A stretch of DNA of 64,000 bases from a virus. This document shows, piece by piece, positions 18,203 to 27,700 of the stretch; position 1 is the stretch's first letter; each line of letters opens with the position of its first letter. Location: the IMG/VR virus record IMGVR_UViG_3300027906_002394, positions 18,961-82,960 of that record. The stretch is one strand, 5' to 3'. The translations under genes and the position numbers were made by a program. The notes beneath the pieces are model-generated. The model had not been told where the DNA came from. It saw only the letters and a list, made by a program, of their open reading frames with translations, and made no database searches.

Positions 18203-19880
18203 TGAAGTAGCTGGTCTTAGAAGTGAACTTGCAGATTTAAAAAGAATCAACACAAATGTTTTACAGAAACATTTGGTAAGAAAAAGCACCCCCAAAGAAA
18301 CGCATCATATATGGTGGGATAGAAAGAAACAAAAAGTCAATCATGAGGATGTGTTCTCGTGGCCTGCATCTAACTGTTCCGCGACACCAAATGATATCTT
18401 TCAGAACAATACCACTATATTATCACATTATCAATCTGTAGATTGGCCTTATGAGTTGGGTGATATTGATGATTTTGACCCAACTGGAAAACACAAGAAT
18501 ACAAACAATCTTTACTTCTTAGAACCGCAATATGTATTTTCTGAAGCATGGGCAAATTGTGTCTCATGGATTCCTCAAGAAGTCCAATGCTGGTTGAGAG
18601 AAAGGAAAATGGCACTAGTGTTGTGGTTCCCCCATGAAGGTTTTGCTTATGACCAAGGTTTCCATCAAAAGGGATGGTTACAACAATGGCATTATCAAAT
18701 GAGAAAACATCAAATGGAAAATGCGATAGTATATTTTGTGTTTGGTGATTTACAAGCGGAACCAAATTATCAATCTTGGTTGAGAACCAGACAAGGTATG
18801 GAAAGAACTTCTTTTGAGTTCCAGAAAGTAATATCGTATGACTTTTTTCATGGTTCTTATTGGAAAGAATACGCGGAAAGAACAGGCGTCTATGTACACA
18901 GGTTACAGAACCCAAAATACATGCACCAGAACCATTATGGTGGTTCAGACTTAACTGGAGGGTTTACTGACCATGTTATCATACCATATGAAGACTTTGA
19001 TTCGGATATATTGAATCATGCTCCAAACGCGATGATACAGGACTCTTTTAATAGATGTAAACCAGATGAGGTTCTTCTGGGAATACCTACTGCTCAAGAT
19101 AAGACGAAAGACTTAATATGTCTTAACGCTAGACCAAGGTCTCATAGAGCTACTTTGGTTGCAGAGTTACATAGGTTAGGATATGATAACAACAATTCTT
19201 ATATAAGTTTCCTTGGTAGAGAAGATATGCCAGAACAGTTTGGACATCTTGTTAGTTCAGCTGAACCTCTATGGAAACAACAAATGTTTAGGGGCCATGA
19301 CATAACACAATTTACAGCAAGAAAAGATAATAACTTTATTTCATTCTTGTCGCATGATGTTCAAATAGAACATGTATATAAATTTTGGTTAGAAAGAATT
19401 CAAGTTATTGCAGACAGACCAACACATGAAGTTCATGGGGATGATAGATTAATAACATCTAGTATGTACAAAGATTCTTTCTTTAGTTTAGTATCAGAAA
19501 CCCTGTTTGGTGATGATAAGGAAAGTCTGTTTATAACAGAAAAAATATTTAAAGCAATTGCTTATAGAAGTCCATTTATGGTAGTTGGTAGTATGGGTAC
19601 ATTGAGACATATGAGATATCTTGGTTATGAAACTTTCCCAATGATGTTTGATGAAAGTTATGACCAAGAATATGACCCGAAAAAAAGATTTTCAGCAATA
19701 GTTAGAAATTTAGAAGAATGGCGAAGTCATTCACTAGAAGAAAAACGGAAAAGATATAATTCCGCGAGAGAGGTATTAAAACATAATTTTGAAGTGTTCA
19801 AAAATTCTAGAGGGAGATTTGAAAAGGAGACTGTTGGCGTATTAAGTCAACTATCTTCACATAATGTTGAGATTCACTAA
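18144..19880 (+). CDS. Putative GT-B glycosyltransferase-like protein
   Basis: CLNARPRSHR and SLVSET...FITEKIFKAI...PFMVVG, reminiscent of the GT10 fucosyltransferase YITEK motif; N-terminal coiled-coil. Confidence 0.5.
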   Translation: MAESDENLGTLSSTLERLVSEVAGLRSELADLKRINTNVLQKHLVRKSTPKETHHIWWDRKKQKVNHEDVFSWPASNCSATPNDIFQNNTTILSHYQSVDWPYELGDIDDFDPTGKHKNTNNLYFLEPQYVFSEAWANCVSWIPQEVQCWLRERKMALVLWFPHEGFAYDQGFHQKGWLQQWHYQMRKHQMENAIVYFVFGDLQAEPNYQSWLRTRQGMERTSFEFQKVISYDFFHGSYWKEYAERTGVYVHRLQNPKYMHQNHYGGSDLTGGFTDHVIIPYEDFDSDILNHAPNAMIQDSFNRCKPDEVLLGIPTAQDKTKDLICLNARPRSHRATLVAELHRLGYDNNNSYISFLGREDMPEQFGHLVSSAEPLWKQQMFRGHDITQFTARKDNNFISFLSHDVQIEHVYKFWLERIQVIADRPTHEVHGDDRLITSSMYKDSFFSLVSETLFGDDKESLFITEKIFKAIAYRSPFMVVGSMGTLRHMRYLGYETFPMMFDESYDQEYDPKKRFSAIVRNLEEWRSHSLEEKRKRYNSAREVLKHNFEVFKNSRGRFEKETVGVLSQLSSHNVEIH

Positions 19881-20929
19881 TGTATGCATATTGGTCTAAA
19901 GGTGCAGATGTAGAAAGTGGTAGTTACCATATTACGGAGTTTGAAAGGGACTTTGTTAAAAAACTAAAATCAAATACTCCATCTGACTGTATTTTAATTA
20001 ACTCCACATGGTTTTCAAAACCAGAGAATGTTGATGATTTAAAACAATGGTTTGATGCTAGTCAATTCAAGGCTGGAGAAACCCCTAGAATATTATTGTA
20101 CTCTGGTATGGATTGGGAAAATTCTACATGTACAGAATCCACGCGAGAAGCACATAGGTTTCTTAATGATAATTGGGAAGTTATTAATATAGGGAATACT
20201 GGTGATGGACATTATTTTAATTTTTGGTTAGCTTTTATTCATGAACACATGAGTACATTTTTTGACGACTGTTACACCGAAAAACCAAATATAAAAAAAC
20301 ATTTCATGTGCTTAAACCATCAACCACATGAACATAGAATTCAATTATTAAATACTTTACATGAAGTTGGAATGTTTAATCATGGTATTGTATCTGCTAT
20401 TGTACCACATGAAGATTATGAGTTTGAGAACCCTGTTATTCTTAGAGAAAAAAGAGACCCTCATATCATGTTTAATTCCCATGAGTGGGAAAGAGTAAAC
20501 GAATACCATTTAGCAAATGATATAATATCTTTAGGAGACCCAGTATACTGGAATAAACATTTTTGTACTGTTGTTACTGAAAGCGTTATGCATAGTGATG
20601 TGTTTTTAAGTGAAAAGACTTTTAAACCAATGATAGGACTCAGACCGTTTATTATTTTGGGTGATGTAAATGTATATAAGAAATTAAAGGAATATGGATT
20701 TGACACTTTTGAAGATTTGTTCCCCAGAGTCCATATTGAGGAGAAGGATAAATACTGGAGAACAGATAATGTTATAAAAGACCTCTGTAATCTACAAAGG
20801 AGTTATGGATTAGATGGATTAAATCAACTTTACCGTGAATTGGAAACTAGATTGATCTATAATAGAAAGAGAGTCTTGGAAGTGATAAATGATAATTACA
20901 ACGATATAATGGAGATAAGAAACTTATGA
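19880..20929 (+). CDS. Putative GT-B glycosyltransferase-like protein, paralog of the upstream gene
   Basis: CLNHQPHEHR and VVTES...FLSEKTFKPM...PFIILG...GFDTF. Confidence 0.5.
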   Translation: MYAYWSKGADVESGSYHITEFERDFVKKLKSNTPSDCILINSTWFSKPENVDDLKQWFDASQFKAGETPRILLYSGMDWENSTCTESTREAHRFLNDNWEVINIGNTGDGHYFNFWLAFIHEHMSTFFDDCYTEKPNIKKHFMCLNHQPHEHRIQLLNTLHEVGMFNHGIVSAIVPHEDYEFENPVILREKRDPHIMFNSHEWERVNEYHLANDIISLGDPVYWNKHFCTVVTESVMHSDVFLSEKTFKPMIGLRPFIILGDVNVYKKLKEYGFDTFEDLFPRVHIEEKDKYWRTDNVIKDLCNLQRSYGLDGLNQLYRELETRLIYNRKRVLEVINDNYNDIMEIRNL

Positions 20930-22161
20930 CAAATGTTGCATTTATAGGATTTGGTAAATTAGGAAAACCCTGTGCTGAGGTTATTGCACAAAAAGGACAT
21001 GATGTTAGTGTATATGACCCACGCGAGGTGGAGAGTGAATACTGTAACATTAAGGACACGATAGAAGAGGCGGTTAAGGATAGAGTATTTGTATTTGTCG
21101 CAGTACCAACACCACATGACCCTTTATATGATGGTTCAGAACCCACATACCATTTACCCCCTAAAGATTTTAATTACGATACTGTAAAGGAAGTAATTGC
21201 AGAAGCTAATAAACATATGACTGAGAATCAGATATTGGTTCTTATTAGTACCGTATTGCCTGGCACCGTAAGAAAAGAAGTTGTGCCTATTATAACCAAT
21301 CCTAAATTTGTTTATAATCCATACTTGATTGCTATGGGTACAGTCGCATGGGATATGGTAAACCCAGAGATGATAATGATAGGAACAGAGAATGGAGAAG
21401 AGTCAATAGAAGCACATAGTCTTATTCATTTCTACAACGAGATAATGGAAAATAACCCCCGATATGAAGTTGGTACTTGGGATGAGTGTGAATGTATTAA
21501 GGTGTTCTATAATACCTTTATTAGTGCTAAGATTGGTCTTGTAAACATGATACAGGATGTTGCTGAGAAACAGGGTAATATTAATGTTGATGTGGTTGCA
21601 AATGCCTTGCGAGATAGTACACAGAGAATCATGGGCCCAACCTATATGAAGCCTGGGATGGGAGATGGTGGTGCATGTCATCCAAGAGATAATATCGCAC
21701 TTAGATACATGGCGCAAGACTTGGATTTGGGTTATGACTTGTTTGCTGAAATAATGAAGGCACGAGATATACAAGCAGAGAATATGGCAAATGCCATTCT
21801 TAAACACGGAAATAAAGTCGCGTTTACATCTGATTCATATAAACCAAATGTACCATATACGAATGGTAGTTACAGTCTACTAGTCCAACACTATGTGAAA
21901 AGATATGGATTTATTGTACCTGTAGATGAAAACCCACATGTCATCGTAAAGGTACATGAGTCAGATTTGATACCTACCGATTATGAGGGAGTTGTGTTTG
22001 ACCCTTGGAGAAGTCATGTGGGAATAAATGTTGTACACTACGGAGATACAAGAAATGAAAAAAAGGACGAAAGAGAAACTACACAAATTCATGAAAGCAG
22101 GGGAACTTACCAGAGTAATCAGGAAGGTGTTGTTGGAGGTCTCGGAGAAGACCGACTCTAA
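20926..22161 (+). CDS. ugd: UDP-glucose 6-dehydrogenase family protein
   Basis: GFGKLG, VAVPTP, STVLPGT, KVFYN, catalytic GDGGACHPRD, YKP. Confidence 0.85.
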   Translation: MTNVAFIGFGKLGKPCAEVIAQKGHDVSVYDPREVESEYCNIKDTIEEAVKDRVFVFVAVPTPHDPLYDGSEPTYHLPPKDFNYDTVKEVIAEANKHMTENQILVLISTVLPGTVRKEVVPIITNPKFVYNPYLIAMGTVAWDMVNPEMIMIGTENGEESIEAHSLIHFYNEIMENNPRYEVGTWDECECIKVFYNTFISAKIGLVNMIQDVAEKQGNINVDVVANALRDSTQRIMGPTYMKPGMGDGGACHPRDNIALRYMAQDLDLGYDLFAEIMKARDIQAENMANAILKHGNKVAFTSDSYKPNVPYTNGSYSLLVQHYVKRYGFIVPVDENPHVIVKVHESDLIPTDYEGVVFDPWRSHVGINVVHYGDTRNEKKDERETTQIHESRGTYQSNQEGVVGGLGEDRL

Positions 22162-22258
22162 ACTCGATGAGATAGAACAAAAAGAAAAAGAAAAACAAGA
22201 ACACTTAGAAAAGAAACTTAAAAAGATGAGAGAACGAGACCCTTTTATCTATGACTAG
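22055..22258 (+). CDS. Small hypothetical coiled-coil protein
   Basis: ATG 22055 with GGAG SD; ends RERDPFIYD; stop overlaps the next start. Confidence 0.6.
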   Translation: MKKRTKEKLHKFMKAGELTRVIRKVLLEVSEKTDSKLDEIEQKEKEKQEHLEKKLKKMRERDPFIYD

Positions 22259-23102
22259 ATTAGTTGCATATGGATGTTCACATACTGGCGGTAATGAGTT
22301 AGCTGACCACATTGTTCTTAAACAACCAAGAGAAAAAGTTGACATAGTAAAATCTAGCTATGGTCAAGGAAATTGGGATAAGATTTTTGATTATTTTGGT
22401 TTTGATTCTGACCCAATGGATGAGATGGAGTTTGATATTTTTCGGTATATTGATATTACCAGAATTGAAGAACTTCATTGTGGTGAGGATTTAAATCGCT
22501 CTTTGAGTTGGGTTAGATATCTTGCTGAAATGCGTGGGTTTTCTCATTATAAGAATAGAGGGTATGGTGGTGCTTCATTAGAACATTGTCTTTTTTTCTT
22601 AGAAAATGATTTGATGAATAGAGAAGTAAGTTTAGATTTAGACGAAATCATTGTTCAAGTGCCACACCCATATAGATGGTTATCATTTAAACATGATGGA
22701 GAATTTACTACATGGAGTCCAAACCAAGTATTCACTCTTCCTATAGGTTCCGATGGAACTACATATGGAACAAAACCAGATATTGATTCCTTCCGAACAC
22801 ATGAGTTAAATATCTATAATATTACTTGGAGATATTACAAGTCAATGAAACAACTTAAACAACTTGGTGCCAACTTTTTCTTTATAGAAAAGACTCCAGA
22901 AAACATAAAAAATGATTTATATCTTGACTGTGATGAAATCCCTAGTTTTGAATGGGTAGAATATTGTTGGAATTGGATTATTAAAAATTGTATTAAAATT
23001 GAAGGTTGTTATGATACCGATGATAAACATGGTTGGGGTCACTATGGAACAGATGTACACTATGATATTGCGAGAGATTTAAATGATAAGTTGGGGAATT
23101 AG
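22251..23102 (+). CDS. SGNH/GDSL hydrolase-fold protein
   Basis: Block I YGCSHT, block II NRGYGGAS, C-terminal catalytic His region GWGHYG. Confidence 0.6.
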   Translation: MTRLVAYGCSHTGGNELADHIVLKQPREKVDIVKSSYGQGNWDKIFDYFGFDSDPMDEMEFDIFRYIDITRIEELHCGEDLNRSLSWVRYLAEMRGFSHYKNRGYGGASLEHCLFFLENDLMNREVSLDLDEIIVQVPHPYRWLSFKHDGEFTTWSPNQVFTLPIGSDGTTYGTKPDIDSFRTHELNIYNITWRYYKSMKQLKQLGANFFFIEKTPENIKNDLYLDCDEIPSFEWVEYCWNWIIKNCIKIEGCYDTDDKHGWGHYGTDVHYDIARDLNDKLGN

Positions 23103-24498
23103 TGCTTGTACACATGACGCTTCTTTAGCGGTTGTTAGAGATGATGAGATATTGTTTGCCTCTCATAGTGAGAGATTTAGCGGATATAAAAATGATGCTT
23201 TTCTGAATCCAGAGATTATCATGGAAGCGAAAAAGTATGGTGAACCCGATTATGTTTATTGGTATGAAAATCCTTGGTTAAAATGGACAAGGAAGAAATA
23301 CGCAAAACAACAAAGACCTTGGTTAAGTCCTAGAAAATATTTAAAACACTTTGGAATCAAGGCACCCTATTATACTACGCACCATAAAGCACATGCAGCT
23401 GCTGGGTATTATACTTCACCCTTTGATAGTTCCGCGATATTAGTCATTGATGCTATTGGAGAATGGACTACCACATCTATATGGAAGGACATGAAATGTA
23501 TCTGGACTTCTAAGTATCCAGACTCATTAGGGTTGTTCTATTCCGCGATGACAGATAGAATTGGATTGAAAGCAAATGAAGATGAGTACATCCTTATGGG
23601 TATGTCTGCTTATGGTGACCCCGATAGATTTTATGATGACATTAAACCATTACTAAAACAGAACCTACATAGAGGATGTAAGTGGTGGAACCCAGATTTA
23701 AAAGAAGAAGATTACTTTGATGTCGCAGCTGCTACACAGAAAGTCTATGAAGAACAATTTGGAAAACTGCTATTTACAACTGCGAGATTAACAGACCAAA
23801 CCAATCTGGTTTTTATGGGTGGGTGTGCTTTAAATTGTTTGGCGAATAGAATTATACCACAGTATTTTGCTAATCATTGGATTATGCCAAATCCAGGCGA
23901 TGCTGGTTCTTCTATTGGTGCGATTGCAGCTAGGGAACATAAAAAGTTGAAATGGAAAACACCGTATCTTGGATATAATATAGAAGGCGGATATCCAACT
24001 AGTGATATACTAGCAAATCTTGTCGCATTGAAGATATGTGGTGTCGCAAATGGTAGGGCGGAGTTTGGGCCGAGAGCTTTGGGTAATAGAAGTTTACTCG
24101 CAGACCCAAAAGGTTCTCAAATGAAAGATGTCGTTAATAAGATTAAAAAGAGACAGGAGTTTAGACCCTTTGCACCAGTTATATTAGAATCCGAAGTACA
24201 CAAGTATTTTGATGTACCAGAAGGATTTCAATCACCGTATATGCAACATGTCGTTAGATGTAAAGAACCAGAACTGTTTCCTGCTATAGTACATAAGGAT
24301 GGAACCAGTAGAGTTCAGACTGTCAATGATGAACAACATAGTGGGTTGACGCGGTTGTTACAAAGATGGAAAACATATAGTGGTCATCCCATCCTTCTAA
24401 ATACGAGTTTGAATATTAAAGGCGAACCAATAGTCAATGATGAAAAAGATGCAGCTAGGTTTGAGAAGAAGTATGGAGTTAAGGTGTGTGTAAGATAG
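23083..24498 (+). CDS. Carbamoyltransferase (NodU/CmcH/TobZ family)
   Basis: HDAS, ERFS, HHKAHAA, DAIGE, GGCALNC, GDAG, EFGPRALGNRS, FRPFAP, NTSLN. Confidence 0.95.
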   Translation: MISWGISACTHDASLAVVRDDEILFASHSERFSGYKNDAFLNPEIIMEAKKYGEPDYVYWYENPWLKWTRKKYAKQQRPWLSPRKYLKHFGIKAPYYTTHHKAHAAAGYYTSPFDSSAILVIDAIGEWTTTSIWKDMKCIWTSKYPDSLGLFYSAMTDRIGLKANEDEYILMGMSAYGDPDRFYDDIKPLLKQNLHRGCKWWNPDLKEEDYFDVAAATQKVYEEQFGKLLFTTARLTDQTNLVFMGGCALNCLANRIIPQYFANHWIMPNPGDAGSSIGAIAAREHKKLKWKTPYLGYNIEGGYPTSDILANLVALKICGVANGRAEFGPRALGNRSLLADPKGSQMKDVVNKIKKRQEFRPFAPVILESEVHKYFDVPEGFQSPYMQHVVRCKEPELFPAIVHKDGTSRVQTVNDEQHSGLTRLLQRWKTYSGHPILLNTSLNIKGEPIVNDEKDAARFEKKYGVKVCVR

Positions 24499-25031
24499 AA
24501 CAAGTTAGACCTTTGATATGGGAATTAACAGAATTAGATTTACCACCAATACCACCCCAAGACCAATGGCGCACGGCTGGACTATTTACTGAAGGTGAAA
24601 TATCTAATGCACCGTTGCGTGAAATATATCACTTTCCTGTTTTAAAAGAATCATGGGGTATTATATCAGATAAGGTACTTCACTTAATAAGAAATCTTGA
24701 TTTAAATGAATTGTGGCAGGGATATAATGTAAATCTAAAACCTTTTGATACTATAGGATTATGTATTCATAAAGATTTACCAAATTTCAATATGTATGGT
24801 CATTATGATAACCGTAGAGTTATTGGTGCAATAATAGTGAACTTAGTGGATAATAAAGACCCTACAACCTTTTTAAATTATACTAGTCCCACAGAAAGGA
24901 ATACTGGTATTTTCTTTTTGAATGATTATACTACAAGACACGCGGTAAGAAATACAAGTGACCGAGATAGAATAACAGCATATCAAAATATATTCATTGA
25001 CTCTTTTTTTAAGGGAACATCAAATGCGTGA
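24486..25031 (+). CDS. 2OG-Fe(II) oxygenase-like protein
   Basis: HYD, distal HAV and RIT triad pattern. Confidence 0.6.
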   Translation: MCKIEQVRPLIWELTELDLPPIPPQDQWRTAGLFTEGEISNAPLREIYHFPVLKESWGIISDKVLHLIRNLDLNELWQGYNVNLKPFDTIGLCIHKDLPNFNMYGHYDNRRVIGAIIVNLVDNKDPTTFLNYTSPTERNTGIFFLNDYTTRHAVRNTSDRDRITAYQNIFIDSFFKGTSNA

Positions 25032-25887
25032 GATAAGATATCATAATGACGAAATCATAAAGGTAGATGGACTTCATTTCTATGGATGTTCTTATGTTGC
25101 TGGACAGGAACTTTTGGACAAAGAACTTCCAGACCCAATGGCTATTGACCCAAAAAAGATGGCGAAACAGGAGGGCGAACCACAAGATGAATATTATCGC
25201 AGAAGATTATCAAGAGAACTTCTTTGGAAGAAAAAAATAAAACTTGAAAAACAACTCGCGTGGCCACAACACATGTGTAGTTTATTAAAGGTTAGATGTT
25301 ATAATCATGGACAACACGGTTCATCTATGACCCAGATGAAGGGGAACATAGTTCAACATATTATAGATGGATTATATGAACCCAATGAAGCTATAGTTGT
25401 CGGGTTGACAGGATTTGCTAGAGAAATGGTTTTTGCAGAAGATGAAACTCTTCTCTATCATCTTAGAAAACATGGCGCTGCTGTAAGTATGGTTATTGCA
25501 TCTGACTACGAAAGAAGAGGTGATAAAGAGTTCGCGTTGAAGTATATGAACTTAAAAGGAACCTATACTTACCTGTGGTTTTTCTTACATGAAATATGGA
25601 ATATCATGAATATTTGCGTGACAAACAATGTAAAACTCTACATTATTCCTATGTTAGACCCATTTAACCTTAAATGGTACAGAAAACAGTACGATATTGA
25701 CTATAAAACCAATGAATTTAATACACAATTGAAATTTCTAATGTCTGAAATAGATAAGTATATGATAAAGGGAATGAAGATTGACCCACTAGGGGCCAAC
25801 ATTATAGAAAGATTACCAAGGGGCCATCCTTGTGCCAAGAGTCATGAAAAGTTTGGTATAAAGGTTGGTGAGAAGTTATTAATATGA
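25024..25887 (+). CDS. SGNH/GDSL hydrolase-fold protein
   Basis: YGCSYV, NHGQHGSS, C-terminal GHP...H; ATG 25024 preferred. Confidence 0.6.
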   Translation: MREIRYHNDEIIKVDGLHFYGCSYVAGQELLDKELPDPMAIDPKKMAKQEGEPQDEYYRRRLSRELLWKKKIKLEKQLAWPQHMCSLLKVRCYNHGQHGSSMTQMKGNIVQHIIDGLYEPNEAIVVGLTGFAREMVFAEDETLLYHLRKHGAAVSMVIASDYERRGDKEFALKYMNLKGTYTYLWFFLHEIWNIMNICVTNNVKLYIIPMLDPFNLKWYRKQYDIDYKTNEFNTQLKFLMSEIDKYMIKGMKIDPLGANIIERLPRGHPCAKSHEKFGIKVGEKLLI

Positions 25888-26180
25888 GTAACATATTAAA
25901 GTTCCCAACCAAACGCAAATGGGAACCTACAGGATACAGAATTAATCTATACACGGAAGAGGATATCTATCTCGTTCTCTTGTGTCTCAATATATCCGAT
26001 GATTTAGATGACCCCAAACGCTGGGTCAGAAAAGACCTTCGCACTTTAGAACCAGAATTCGTCATAGACAAACTTAATGAATGTCTAGACAATCAAGCGT
26101 TATCTGAGAAAACATATAAAAACATTCGTAGGATAATGAATTCAATAGAAGTTGTGCCATTATCGGCACTTTATAATTAG
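25884..26180 (+). CDS. Hypothetical protein
   Basis: 98 aa ORF, ATGA overlap with the previous gene. Confidence 0.65.
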   Translation: MSNILKFPTKRKWEPTGYRINLYTEEDIYLVLLCLNISDDLDDPKRWVRKDLRTLEPEFVIDKLNECLDNQALSEKTYKNIRRIMNSIEVVPLSALYN

Positions 26181-26188
26181 GAGAAAAA

Positions 26189-26794
26189 ATGAAATATTTA
26201 ATAATGATATTAGCAATGGTGGCATCATTTGGTGCTCACGCGGAAATAAATTCTTCTGCCAATGTAGCGTTGAGTAGTGAATATATTTTTAGGGGTCAAA
26301 CCCAAACTTTAGGAGACCCAGCTGTCTCTGGTGGATTTGATGTTGGGTATGAAGGAGCCTTTATCGGAATGTGGGCATCTGAAGTAGATTACGGAGATGG
26401 ACTTGCAAATTTAGAGGTTGACCTTTATGCTGGATATGGTTTGGGATGGAAAGACTTTTCTGCTTCTTACACATATGTAGACTATAACTATAACGGAGAC
26501 TCATCTTTAGATGGAGTTGAACATCAAATAGCACTAGGATGGAAAGATGTAAGTCTTTTACATGTAGTTGGTGCAGAGGGGTTTGTTGATTATAGTGAAG
26601 TCTCTTACACTTTACCTATAGTTGCATTTGATGTTTCATGGGGAACATGGGATACAATAGGTGACAATTGGTCAGTTGGGAAAAGCTTTGACTTGGGCCC
26701 AGTTGACGGAACAATTCAGTATATAGAATTTCATGGTGATGCTGATATTTCAAACGAAAGGAATATAGTATTAACAATAAGCAAAGAAATATAA
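26189..26794 (+). CDS. TorF-family (TIGR02001-like) putative outer-membrane porin
   Basis: Signal peptide; ANVALSSEYIFRGQTQT...PAVSGGFD...G.W.S.VD...EVDLYAGY; AGGAG SD. Confidence 0.8.
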   Translation: MKYLIMILAMVASFGAHAEINSSANVALSSEYIFRGQTQTLGDPAVSGGFDVGYEGAFIGMWASEVDYGDGLANLEVDLYAGYGLGWKDFSASYTYVDYNYNGDSSLDGVEHQIALGWKDVSLLHVVGAEGFVDYSEVSYTLPIVAFDVSWGTWDTIGDNWSVGKSFDLGPVDGTIQYIEFHGDADISNERNIVLTISKEI

Positions 26795-26887
26795 CAAGAT
26801 ACATTTTAAATCGAGGAGAGATTATGTAAAAACAGTCTTTATGATGGATAGCAAATTAATTTAACCAACCATCTGGAGAGATACCAC

Positions 26888-27649
26888 ATGCCAAGACGCA
26901 ATACAAACCTACAAGTAATTGAGAATTTAAATTCTGATGTACAGAAGGTGAAAAGAAAATCAACTTTAAAAATGCGTATTGAGGATTTAATTACAATTGA
27001 TGCACTCACAGAAACCCAAGGACATTTTTTCGCAGAGTACAAAAAAGATTGTAGAGCAATGTTATTACATGGATGCGCTGGTACAGGAAAAACATTTATT
27101 GCCCTGTACCGAGCATTAGAACAGGTTTTACAGAGAGGAAACCCATATAAGAAAGTAGTCGTTATAAGGTCAGCAGTCCCATCAAGAGAAATAGGACATT
27201 TGCCAGGCGATGAAACTGAGAAGACTGCGGTGTACATGCAACCATATATTGATATGTGTACTGCATTGTTCCCCCAAAAACAACAGGCATTCCAGAGACT
27301 AATCGAACAGAAATATGTAGAATGGATGATTACATCATTTGTAAGAGGAATTACATTGGATAATTCCATTATTATCGTGGATGAGTGTCAAAATATGAAT
27401 GACATGGAGATTAATTCCATTATAACTCGCGTAGGACATAATAGTAAGATTATATTCTGTGGAGACTTCCGTCAAACTGACCTATATAAGAAAGGCGATT
27501 TAAGTGGATTGCAGAAATTCATGGTAATTGCTGAAAATATGCCTTCTTTTAGGACTTTTGAGTTTAGTGAGGACGATATTGTCCGTTCTGACCTTGTAAA
27601 AGAGTATTTAATCTCAAGAATCCGCTATGAAGAGCAATATAGGACTTGA
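26888..27649 (+). CDS. phoH: PhoH-family ATPase
   Basis: GCAGTGKT, IGHLPG, RGITL, DECQN, TRVG, GDFRQTD, DIVRS. Confidence 0.95.
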   Translation: MPRRNTNLQVIENLNSDVQKVKRKSTLKMRIEDLITIDALTETQGHFFAEYKKDCRAMLLHGCAGTGKTFIALYRALEQVLQRGNPYKKVVVIRSAVPSREIGHLPGDETEKTAVYMQPYIDMCTALFPQKQQAFQRLIEQKYVEWMITSFVRGITLDNSIIIVDECQNMNDMEINSIITRVGHNSKIIFCGDFRQTDLYKKGDLSGLQKFMVIAENMPSFRTFEFSEDDIVRSDLVKEYLISRIRYEEQYRT

Positions 27650-27674
27650 CATTTGCTCTGAAGGCTAGTATAAT
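27646..27674 (+). promoter_or_regulatory. Consensus sigma70 promoter TTGACA-17-TATAAT
   Basis: Perfect hexamers at 27646-27651 and 27669-27674, upstream of the exonuclease. Confidence 0.85.
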
Positions 27675-27700
27675 GGTCACATAATTATAGGATTTTTGTA

